Assembly: GCA_051362555.1 (NCBI GenBank) | Contig: CM120640.1 | Coordinates: forward strand, 49,082,788-49,146,787 | DNA length: 64,000 nucleotides | DNA from: Lingula anatina | Lineage: Eukaryota > Animalia > Brachiopoda | Direction of reading: 5' to 3' | Part shown: piece by piece, positions 40,021 through 52,639 of the stretch | How positions within the stretch are numbered: position 1 is the first letter of the stretch | Layout of the letters: the number at the start of each line of letters is the position of its first letter | Program-made: the position numbers and the translations under genes | The notes under the pieces: generated by a model | Database searches by the model: none | What the model was told of the DNA's origin: nothing | The model's input: the letters and a program-made list of their open reading frames with translations, nothing else

Positions 40021-43000
40021 GCAAGTAAATGGTATTTAAAGAGAATGTCAAAACTGTAATGTTATAGGTCACTGGAAGCAACCTTTGTCACCAATTGCTG
40101 GTGGGCCAACAAATGGTCAGCCAGCGGCCCGATGTCATCCCATTGGCATTGTGCAATCTGGAAGTTGTTTACTTGGAATCTACATATTTAGTCACTCATG
40201 TCAGTATTAAAATCAACTGTGAGAGCATTTATTGTGAGCTTACAAAGTTAAAAACAGTACATACCAAGTCATATTCCTTATCAACTCTGAGCAGCATCAC
40301 CTTCATTTGTTTGTCTGTGGAAATCTGAAATGTCACATCCTGTGCATGGGACAGATCTACAGTTCTCAGAGGGCGATTCCTTTCACTGTTGACCTGCACT
40401 GCCTTTTTATTGCTGTCAAATTTGATTTTTATATTTCTGTTACCCTCCTTCTTACCCACCCACTCTTGAGCTAAAAATAAAATTGAAGATTGCTTTTATG
40501 CTATATCCAATTTTTTTAACAGAATACATAAATATACTGGATGATGGCTATTTCTAAATACAATACAATTTCTGATATTCTACTAAGCTCATTTCTAAAA
40601 TAAAATCACTTCACTAAAAAGTCAAAACAACTCTAGTTTGTAAATTGAAGCATTTAAAGTGATCATCATTTTTATATCTAAGGATACTGTACATGAATAT
40701 TTATGGATTCTCATTCTCAATTTCCACACTAACCTGTAATAATGCTGCTTTCAGATGATTTACGGGACCTCTGCCTAGATAAGGCCTTTATAGATGAAGT
40801 TTTCCGAATATGTATCTTTGCCAGGAGATACAACAAACCAATGCAGCCTGAAACAATTGAGACAGATACATAGGCACATGTAAGATTAAATGAATCAAGA
40901 GATAAAAAATAACTACATGTATAGACAAAAACAGCTTATACAAGAAAACCATAGGTCTCTTATATCAACTGCATGGTTATGTTAGTACTCAGTATATATT
41001 TTCTATCAGTTTCAATGCTACATCGATGCTTGATATGCATGCACATAATCAAAAGTTTTCAATAAGGTACATTTTTCATAAGCATTCAGGATTCATCAAA
41101 GGCATTACTAAATGGAACAGCAAACACACATTGTCTCTTCCTGTAGACACCTACCCAGGAGCCATACCCCTGCTGCTAAGAAGGTCAAAACGAAGGGGAC
41201 ATCACTTCCAGTGAAGTAATCATACGTCTCCATTGGAGTGCATTCTTCCACTATGCTCTCAACACTACCATTAATCTGTGCAGGCTGCTTGCATCGGTGG
41301 TCATTAGGGTTGAAACGGAATGGATCCTTCTGGATGGCATCATGGGGAAGACCAGTGGTTCTTATAACTACATCATATATTTCTGTGTTCCAGATGTCTT
41401 CTACTTCCTCCTTAGTGAAAAGTCTAATTCAAGAAGGAAAATAATTATTCATTATCCACCTTTGGAAGAAAAATCTCAATTCTTTATGCTTAACATATGA
41501 ATAAATCAATGTAATTCTTGATAGCAGACTTTGTAATTAAAGAAAATATATATTCTGAAAAGATTATCATAATATTGTCAATTTTCATACTCATTTGTTT
41601 AAAAAATAAATTTTAATAAATACAGCTCAACAAATAAACAGGCAAAGAAGTTTTAATCATGTCAAAAATTAAAGTGGATCTTACCCATTGTATTCATAAT
41701 TTTCAAACCAGAATCTGTCTCCATCTCTGATTCGCTGGAATTGGTCCAGGATGACAGTTCGGAAGAGTTCTCCCGGACCCCGTGGAGTTGTCTCCAGTAG
41801 CCCCGCAGCCCAAATATCCAAATTGTTGATGTTGTTCTTGTAAACATCACGCAGTCTTCTAATGGCCTAAAAGTCAACATTGAGACAAGTTGTTATCAAT
41901 GCACCCTTACCATGTACAGGGGTACATGTCATACATAATGTATTGCTTTAAAATTTACAAGATTCTAGTTGAGACATAATAAGCCCACTACTATACAAAA
42001 TATGTACTTTTTCATTTAACTACGAATTTTAATCTGTTCATTTGCCTTTCATGAACATCATCCTTTATTTAGAATTTCAAGTGCACAATGAATATCAAAA
42101 ATATTTCAACAAGAGAAACCGATTCTACATCATAAATTATGCATGGCACCTCATGCTACACTGATACCTACACTGCAACCTTCACTGTTGATGTCTCCTT
42201 GACATAAATCTTGGTTAATGTCTTCCCATTTCTCTCTTGGTTTAAGTTGCAGGAACTTGCGAGCAGTGTTGTAATCTGGCAGACCATGATCACGGCCACG
42301 CTGAATGTTGACAGCCATCAGGTCACGGCGTGAGAAATCAAGGGTGCCAAACACAAACCCTGGAACGAACGAAGTGGGTAATATATAATCAAAATAACCC
42401 ATTGCAATTTATCCTTTTAATGGTTAAACAAGTTAGATTAATATTAAACTGTCTGAGGAAGGCCTGAGAGGTATTACTAGTAGATGTGACTTAGGTCAGA
42501 TGATCATATTATGATGATAACATTTACTTTTCTAGTTGAAATTTTCAGTCTATTCAACAGTTTGATCTATCTTGAAATTAAATTCTGTTTTGAAAGATTT
42601 GGTTCTTATTCTTAACAGACAAAATTTCTTTTCTGAGCTGTCCAAAACAAAATATTCAACTCACTTTAATCTGTTCTAAAATGCAATGACCTCAATATGT
42701 TTCCGATCACCACTAACCTCTGAGATCAGGTGTGATAATATTATCTTCTCTCTCTGTTATCTGTGAGGCCATGCCCATCATCAGTTCTTCTACACCACTT
42801 TCCAATACTGCTTCCTGTAAGACATGGAGGATAAAATATCAGATATACCTAGAGTAAAGTATTAACAAACTTTTATTTACTACTTTTAAGTCACTCATTA
42901 ATTTTATTGTAGTTATTATAACATTTAAACTTTTGAAAAAGTAGAAATTTCTCTCAGTCATTTAAATGATATCAGAAAAGGTAAAATCCACTACCTGTGG

Positions 43001-46000
43001 GTTCCAGTAGGTGTTACAAGTTCTCAGAGCAGCCTTGTGGGCAGTGCCTGTCAGTATGGAGGTATTGCGGAAATTACAATTTTGATTCCTGAATAAATAA
43101 AATCAAATGCAAACTGTCAACAATTCATACGCCACAATAATGTATTGAATAACATCACTGTTTCAGTAATATGCATGTAACTTTCAATTTCTATTCCTGT
43201 AAGTTCTAACCTTAAATATAATTTACTTCTTAAATGCATCTTAATCTTATGCTGGTAGTTACCTTCGGTAGACACCAGGTGGCACCAGTGTATGACCATA
43301 TCTCATTGCAGCAGACTGGAAAATGTGGGCAATCTGGGGGTTGACATTGGGGTTGTAACCTATGAAACATGATGTGATAAAACAATACTGAATTTTGCTA
43401 CAGTAAAAGATGACAAAACTCTGGTTATAAGGGTGACTAAGGAAGAAATTTTAAAAAATGAAAAAATAAGACTACACAAGTTTCTTTTTTGCCTTTCCTG
43501 AATACATTCTACTTAAATATTAAATATTTTTAAAATTTCTATAATATGCTCATCCAGTATATCAAAAGATGAAACAATCTGCCGACTTTATTCTTCACAT
43601 CATATGAAGATCGACCTTGCACCTTTGTCCCTATTGAGGTATACCTTATCCACTGAACAACTACTCCTAACAAGGAAGTTTTTCAAAGATTATCAGAATT
43701 CAATACAAGTACATGTATCATTGTGTAAACAACAAAGCTAAACTTGCATAGAAACCAATCACCAAGGTTGGCATTTTAATGTCAACTCACCATAAAAAAA
43801 CTATGAGCAAAGCATTAAAGTCAAGTTTGCATTAGGACTAAATTTGTCTAGAAACAGACACCTTAAAAGAACTAGCAGCTTGCTTCAACCACCTATACCA
43901 AGCTATTTTTAATATGAAAAAACTACATACTAATATGTATTGATTGATGGACATATTACATCCATTCCAATAAAATAGCATCAGGCTGGACAACAGAAAA
44001 ATTAGATTCACTATGACAAGAAAACAAAGTCAGTCTGGTAAAAGACATTACTGTCACATCTACTTTTAATCTGAGCTATTAAGTTGGTCTTAGTGTTTTA
44101 ACACTACCCTTATTAAAACAAACCCTTATAACATATTTTGAACAAAACAATTTTACATTGGCAATAAATCAAGTTGTAACATGAAACATAATAGACCTCT
44201 CCCTGTTCTCAAACAAAAGAAGACTCCTATCTTAGTTGATGTTTATGTACTACTTGCTGTCTGGAAATTATAGACCTTAAACTAAAAAATTAATATATTC
44301 AACTTAGCATCAATGAAATAACAAAGTTTGATTTCTGCACCTGTATTCATATTTCCAGTTATCAAACAAAATTTTTGGGTTTTTTTTTTTTTTATTCAAT
44401 ATGTGAAAAAAAATTAAATCACTTTCATTTCAGAGAGTCTTAACAATTTGATAAAAACATAGATTGCCCTTCCTGGTAAGTGTTCAACTGTTCTGTATTA
44501 TGCTGACTTGATATCACAAACAGAAAATATAATGCTCTTCTGGTTGGTAAATAACCTGATCATAAATCACAGTAATGCTTAAATTGGTAATGCTTTATAT
44601 TCTAGGTAGTACTAGTTTGTATAGTATTAAGAACTCTCAAGCATCACTTGCTTTCCAATAATCAGTTTCACTTTTGTGTTCAACTGTTGGAAATTCCATT
44701 TTCTCTTAGATGTGATGATAAGTTTGCCAGGTGTACCGTCACCTATCCACTACAATTACACTGTAGACACACCCTACAAAGTCATGAGGGATTATAGTCA
44801 CACGAGTCCATATTTCACCTTAACTTGTCCTTGTAACCACCCAGAAACATAAAAAATATTTGGGGGGGGTAGATAACAATGCTATGGTAACGTTATAATA
44901 ACATTCTGTTTGTTGGGAGGCCTTCAGTTGAAAAACTATTACTGAAAAGCCTTTCATATGTAAAGAAATGAAAACCCTACTACTACTTCCTTGTCCTTTG
45001 TAGGCTGTTATCAACAGTTCCAAGAGAAGTCAAATGCTTCATTGCATATCATTTTATCCTGATCAAATGCTTATATATAATGGGTGGTTTGTTCATTAGC
45101 CTGTATATAGTTAGGTTAAGTTTTACAAAGTGACTGACTAGCAACTGATGTGTGTACATTCTGCCCTATTAACTCAACAAAAACTTGGCAAATCACCTTA
45201 AGTAAACCACTGGATTTGCATTTATCAAAACCATACACTGATGGCAGACAGCCCCTATTTAAGTATATTACAAAGAAAAAATGCCAAAGAGCTATTACAA
45301 CCAACATACATGTACAAGTTAACTAACAAGATTAAAAATGCAACAAATTCCTAAATGCATTCAGTGCACTTAGAGTTCAAGAAAAAATAAAAATGTCATT
45401 TGCTTTACAATGTTTTATCCAAAACATACATGTTATATTAAATACAACATATTTCAAATGCACATATTAGTGTAAAACTTGCAATGCAAATATATGTAAA
45501 GTAATATTACAATGGACTTGCAAATTTGAACTTACCACATAAAACTAAACTTTTTTTACTGACATTTTTCAGCATTAGTTTGCTCACACATTTGAATAAG
45601 GTTTGCTTTACCTTTATAGTCTGGGAGACCATAGGTGGTTCCATTTTCATCTTCTCCTATCCAAGATGGAAGCCAATCATAAGCAACAATTTTCTGGAAA
45701 AAAGGAAAACATTTGCAAGGATAAATATACGTGAGAGGATTGTGTTGGGAAAATACAGAACTGTCAAAAAGAGGCAGCACAGGAAAAATGGGGCATGCAT
45801 GCAGATAGTTTAATTTGATTGGGGTATTTTTGTGAAGTTTTATAATATACTAGAACTTTATATTACAAGTCTCATTGTTGACAAATACAACAGTGAAGTG
45901 GTGATAAGTACATTTATTTTTCTCTATCCTAAGTAATGTGCCCATTTAAACTAAATGGTATTTAAAACTCACACAGGAGGGTTGCCTAGGGACCTTTATC

Positions 46001-47551
46001 CCCGCATCCTCTTTGTTATAGCATTCAGTGGGTCACGTGTAACTGACCAGCGGCCAGTCCAATCAGAACCAGCTGCCTCGTTTCAATATTTGGTCACGTG
46101 TAACTGCCCAACGGTCACGGCGGCAGCAGCAAGCCATGCAGAGCTCATTGTAAGATTACATGAACAGTGCAATGTATTACCTGTATTAAATTTTTTTTTC
46201 CCCCTCGTGAAGTTCTCGTTCCAAAGACACTGTACCTTTTAAATGTATTACATGTATCTTGTGCATTTGTTCAGTAGTTTACAGTAGTATTAGAGGTGTA
46301 GGAATAAAGGTGACTTAAGCCCGAATGTGTGTTGTTTTAAAGGAGATTCATAAAAGACATCACACAATATATATAGGTTGATTGACTGGAGAGTTAAAGA
46401 GATTTTTCATTTTGTATCAGACTTGAATTAGCTTTTATAACTTTACTTTGACAATTTGATCAATTAATCAAAAAAGTGAACAGACTGATCGATAAGTGTT
46501 TAAGTTTAACATGACCAAGCGCCTTATGGTGATCAGTTACGAAATATTGACAAATTCTGTGGCACATCTGTCTACCATAATGGGCTAGACACTAATCCCT
46601 TATTGCAGTGACAAGCACTAGAATGTGCAAATCTCTGCAATTCTCTGGAAATCTTATAAACATCAGACCTACTTGTAGTTGAACTATGTACTAGTAATAG
46701 TAAAAGTGGTCAAAGAAAAGTTCAAATAAAGAACCTTGCCCAACAGACTCGGAAAAGTAGTACTGCACCATGGCATTATTGCAAAATTTTAACCCTTTTG
46801 TCGCTCCTTACTTGATGTGTTGCTATAGTTCTAATTCTGGCTTCATTGAAGAGTTTTTCATCGCTCCAACTGGAATGTTCTTGCTCAAGTTTTCTGGCCC
46901 ACCAGTTGTGGTATCTGAACCACAAAACACCAAATGTCAGCAGAAATGGATTCTCATTTCCTCGGGGGTTTCCAAGCTCTGAAAAATTGGTAGATGTTTT
47001 ATATATTTTTGAAAATACATGGCAGTGCCATCAGAGTTTGCAGAAATGGAGTAATAGTCTAAAATGTAGAAGTATCACTATCTTCATGCAAAAACATTTC
47101 CTGTTTTAAATAGTAAGACACTTCATCTCATGCATATGAGGGGGCCGTAGCGATAGTCCGAAGGTTCAATAGTCCGAAGGTTCATTGGTCCGAAGGTTCA
47201 ATGGTCCGAATGTGCATTGAAGGTTCATTGGTCCGAAGGTTCGATAGTCCGAAGGTGCATTGGTCCGAAGGTTCATTAGTCCGAAGGTTCGATAGTCCGA
47301 AGGTTCGATAGTCCGAATGTAGGCCCGCTGTATAAGTGTATAGTGAATTACATGTACAGGGGCGGATCCAAGATTATTTGAAGGGGGGTCCGCGGATGCA
47401 AAGCCCCCACCCCCCCTTGGCGTAGGATCTGGGGCCCGCTAAAGGGCCCCGAAAATTGTTGGTGTCTCAAAATGACCACCTATTTATCAAGAGACACATC
47501 TGTGAATATCTGTAAAAAAATAACGTCAATACTAGCATATTACATTAGTTA

Positions 47552-47588
<37 letters not shown>

Positions 47589-47836
47589 AGATCTTGATGT
47601 TTTTCATGGGATTGGAAGTTGACGATATTTAACTGCAAAGGTTTATTTTGTATAATCAAATGGAAATTTTCTCACGAGTCACGAGTGTATCTACTTTTTG
47701 CATAGTACGTTTTTCTTCGTTTAAATGAATTTGTTACAAAGACAGCATTTTTGATGTTGTTCATCAGATTAGAAGTTTAACTGATAGAATATTTCAACAT
47801 GTTCAAACTGCCTTCTCACTTGTATTTTACGTTTAA

Positions 47837-47871
<35 letters not shown>

Positions 47872-50800
47872 ACAAATAGGCCCACCGGGTTGATATGGCG
47901 TTGCCACATTTCTATTTCAGATTATAAACGTTTCAGCACCTTCAGTATTGCTGGGGAAGAGGGGGTGGAATTAAATATGTATTACTATTTGTGGATATTT
48001 GAGCATATTACTGTATTCTGATACAATTTTTATGTTTAAAGCCCTAGTAAGGGAAAAGTTTGTTTTCGTAAATGCTCGTAATTTTTGTTTATATGCCAAA
48101 TTTACACTCCAGTTAATTCATCCTCATCCCTATGAGTAATACAATACTGCTGGCGGAACGGCTGTTTTTTTTTTGTTTTTTGTTTTTTGTTTTTTTTTTT
48201 TTTTTTTTTTTTTGAGGGGGGGGGGAGGGTAGGGGAGTGAGCTGTGCGAACAACAACATAGTTTGTTGGGAAATGCAATTATTCTATAACTTTTACATTG
48301 ACAAATTTCATTAATTACTTCCAAAATAATTATATGAACGGGAATTTCCCACCTGCTATGTGGAATGTTTATGACAGGGGAATGGATAACCGCACAAACA
48401 ACCACGTCGAGAGTAAGGCTGTGTTCACAATACCCGAAAAACGACAAGTAATAGTGCGCCCTGGCCAGTGAGGACGGAGGAAGAGGCATTGAGATGCAAA
48501 CAACGTACCAACTGGATCGATCCAACTCTTGGTAAAGTGTAGTCAATGTAACCAGCTCAATTGTCTGACACGCCCCTCTTGAGCACATACAAAAGGTAAT
48601 TAGCCCTTAACTGCTCGAGGGGGGCATGTCAGACAATCAAGTTTATAACAATGGCTGTATTTAAGCGAGAATCCCCGCAGAGTTGGATCGATCCAGCTGG
48701 TAAAGTGTATGAATCTGAATGCTCCCTTAAACTTTGGGGATTGATTAATGTGTTATCAGGAATGTGAATGGGCCCTATCTAAGACCCCATTCCCAGAGAT
48801 TAGATCGATCCAACTGGATCGACCTAACTCCTTGGGGGTTCACGCTAAATAGCCGTCGGCCGAGCGGGCACAAAAGTTAATTATCCCCTTACAGATTGTA
48901 GTAGGCGGGACGGACATTTAAGCCGGATTATCTGACAGTAATCTAGTGAGACGGGGATAGATCGATCTAAAATCTATGGAAATGCGCCCTAAGTTTGGTG
49001 CTTTTAGGTTGGGGCTGTCTCTGGGGTGGATACAGACCGGTTGTAAAATGCATTTGGTTGAAAAAAGATATTCTACAGATACATATTTGGGACACCCTGT
49101 AAGACAAAATTGAATTAAACTCTGGAGTTAGCCTTTCGATGTTTTTTTAATATTCATGCAATAAGATGAAAATAGGGGCGCATTCAGATTAACACATCGC
49201 GCAAGCTGGGTCGGTTCAATTTTACGGCAGATTCATGCTAAAGTGCAATCAATGGAAAGAGCTTAATGCTCTCGCGGTTAATTACCCCCAGCTGCTCAGG
49301 GAGGGGTGTCAAACAGTTAAACACTAGTGGGCTAGATTTGGTCTTAAAGTGCAATTTAAGTTCACAAGTGATCTTACACGATCTTAAACATTACAGCAGT
49401 AGTCTTAAAATGGACTGAATCTGCTTTTAAGATCAAAAACAATTTAACATCTACTTAAGTGGTCAAGCAGTTTCCTCCCCTCACAATGGGGATACCTCCC
49501 CTCACAATAGAGGACACCTCTGCTCACAATAGGAGAATGTGTAAGGTGAGACACCTTAATTGGCTGTCAGACTAGAAACGGTCTTACTCATGTTTTAAGA
49601 TCATGTAAGACTATTTGTGTTCTTAAATTGCATTTTAAGACCAAATCAAGCCCACTAGTGTAAGCTGATCAAGATGGTTGTGCTTTAAATAGCGAGAATC
49701 CCCGGCAGAATTGGGTCAACCCAGCTTGTACGGTGTGTGAATCTGAATGCGGTCTAAGGGTGCGTATTGATTAAGTATATCGATTCAATTCGGCGGGGAT
49801 TCTTGATGAATGCTATAGATGACAAGATCAACTCTTTATCCCTGCGCTCAGTACAATGCATAAAAGCTGTTTATTATGCGCGTACGCTAGAAACAAGAAG
49901 AGTGGTGTTAATCAGATTGCATTCATCGAAAATCCTGCCGAGTTGGATCGATCTGTCTACCAGAACCTATTCTGCCTAGTACGGTAGTTTCATTGGGAAC
50001 GCGTCGTGAAGAATTACCTAGGCCGATGTTACTGCTTTTGCCATTAAGCAGCGCGTGTTAATGTCACATTCAACACGCCACTGTTGATTTCAGCAGATTC
50101 GTTTTCGAGAGGCTTGCACCATGGGTAACTTCAGTACAGTTTTAGAGAAGCTTTGTCAGTGTAGTATAGTATATTTAGTCAGTGTAGTATAGTTTAGTTC
50201 TAATCAAGACCATTATGCTCTAACGGTTCTTTTTTTAGAAATTTTAGTTGAAGTGATATCTTAGTCTTTATATTGGTATATAAAAAATAGATTAATATAA
50301 CTACAGCTAATGCGCCTACCGTTCCCAAATCTATCTCTTCTGCCGAATTATTTCAGGTTTGATAATGCATACTAAATATCACAATCAGTACTAACAGCAC
50401 TTTATCACTAGACGCATTTATCTGAAAGGCGAATCCTAATAAAGAAATACGGATTATGAACTTTTTTCCTGGGGACATTGTAATAAGGCCACATAAAATA
50501 AAAGGATATTCATTTTCATTGTCGTCACAATATGATTAATATCTCTGTTGTAACAGTATTTTTCTTTGACGACAAGTTACCATGAGACGTAAATCAGAGC
50601 AGAGCTTTAACTGACTGTTAAGTTTTTTTTTACACTGATTTTTTACGAAACTGTTGACTTGATATTCATGAGTGCAGGGTGGACGTGAACCGCAATCGGT
50701 CTCTAGAAAAACGGGACTCTCCCGCAATCCAAAAAATTTCGTAATTGAAACACCCGTTTTTTTCTTTTGAAAATAATCAGTGTGCGCTTAAAGGTAGCCT

Positions 50801-52599
50801 TGATGGAGTGTAAAACCACTTTTATCAGTTTCTTATACAATTCAAAAATAATAGCACAGGCCATTCGATTAAATATCATTATAGGCGTCCTCTCATTTTA
50901 TCCGTTCCAATCTTTATTCAATATTTCATGTGAAACATGTATGGTGTTCATGAGTTGGAAAGGGTAGCCATTGCATAAACTTCCCCACATTGTAAAGAGT
51001 AGTTCACGGAAACAATACGACCTATATGGATAATTTTCACGTGCGTTTCGGTCGCACTCAAAACGAAATGATAAAGATTCTAGAAGCTGAGTTCACACGA
51101 AAGTTAATCACCCCCTAGCAGCTCCAGGATTGCTAATCTGATTGCAGTAAGAATCCTGGTGGAGTTGGATCAATCTACGTAGAATGATAGTTTCTTTGGG
51201 AACGCACCCTTAGATTATGTTTGTAATTATAATTCTTAAAATCGAAGACAATCTTAAAATGTTTCGGACTAATGAACCTTCGGACTATCGAACCTTCGGA
51301 CTATCGAACCTTCGGACTAATGAACCTTCGGACCAATGGACCTTTAATTTTCGGACTAATGAACCTTCGGACCAATGAACCTTTTTGTTAAAAATCTGAT
51401 GAAAAATTTACGAATTTTCGGACCAATGAACCTTCGGACCAATGAACCTTCGGACTATCGAGACGCCCCCCATATGAGCCATGACAGTGTTTTTGCCTCC
51501 AGGCTTTACCTTTTTCATCATTGTCATTTTCAACACTGTTCTATGCTGGGGTCATTATACAAAAATTTTTGTTTCAAAGATTAATTTTTCATAAAATCAA
51601 TATTAAATCATCTAACTTTTTCTCAATTTATTAGCCAAAATGTAATACTATACATTTAAGACTTCTCAAATATCTTACATACTGGCTTGAAACTAGCTTG
51701 TGTGTTTTCTGGAAAGGCCAGGCCTAAGATACTAAACGATATATGTACACTGGAAGAAATAAAAAAAACTGAAACAATAATAAAGATGCTTACTGAAAAA
51801 ACGTTTGACCTCTTTAATGTAATGATCTCTTGGAGGTGGTGGGTTAGCCATAGGCAGACGGACATCATTAAAGGCAGGATATTCAGTGCTGTAGTTAGTG
51901 CCCTCCTCCTCATTAGATGTTATAGTCACTGCCTTATTGCCACCCAGTTTATATTTGTCACATGTCTCATTGGTAGATGCCAAGCGTCCACCACAAAAAG
52001 AACGTAGTGCATCTGCCCAGGCTTTCCCGACTCCATACATAAGTCCTCCATCCATCCACGGTGTGATCTCATTCAGCTGAATAAGAACAGAAAAAATATT
52101 TTACTAAGTTTAAAATAATAAACATACATATATTTTATTTCCATCAATAGTTATTACAGTTGTATAAAAAAGAATGAAAATTTGATAAGAACAATTTATA
52201 AATACAAATCCTGTACATTAAAAAGTTCTTATATTTCACTTCTTTGAAGTAATTTTAATCTTCTTTCTCCACATCAAAAAGTGTCTGAAAAACATCACAT
52301 TCCACCAAACACATTTAACACTGTCTATAAACATGTTACAGGCAAACTTTGAGCTGTATATTATCAGGTTAGCATAACTCATAATTTCCTCCAAGGACAC
52401 CCTGTTTGTATTGTTCTGCATTTAGAACATGCATTATATATTGGCAATATTCCAACATAAAGATGGAAAGAAAACCTAGCTAGGTTACATACACAACTAT
52501 TTCAGATGTCTTTCTGCAAAACCGGAATGGTGACCCACAAATATTTTTACTTCTATAATATGTAATTGAAGACTGAACTTCTCCTCTATGCTAACTTTT

Positions 52600-52639
<40 letters not shown>

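Larger units (their letters stand above)
47141..51470. mobile_element. 4.33-kb non-autonomous TIR transposon with 8-bp TSD and 16-bp subterminal tandem repeats (superfamily unresolved: Merlin/MULE/Zisupton-like)
   Basis: Perfect TSD CATATGAG at 47133-47140 and 51471-51478; ends GGGGCCGTAGCGATAGTCCG / CGGACTATCGAGACGCCCCC; arrays of GATAGTCCGAAGGTTC at 47150-47320 and inverted at 51262-51460. Confidence 0.92.

Noticed and set aside
45556-45611. Apparent premature stop in DUOX ([17 protein letters not shown]-stop)
   Set aside because: A donor at AAAG|GTAAAG (~45611) splices in phase to the GYNPNVNP exon, so the gene is not a pseudogene.
47150-47320. 16-bp repeat array resembling a CRISPR array
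   Set aside because: The units are directly tandem with no unique spacers, are mirrored at 51262-51460 as transposon subterminal repeats, and the context is eukaryotic with no cas genes.
48130-48588. Longest ORF in the track (152 aa) as a transposase or cargo gene
   Set aside because: It runs through MITE fragments and poly-T/poly-G tracts (KKKK/PPPP) and has no recognisable domain.
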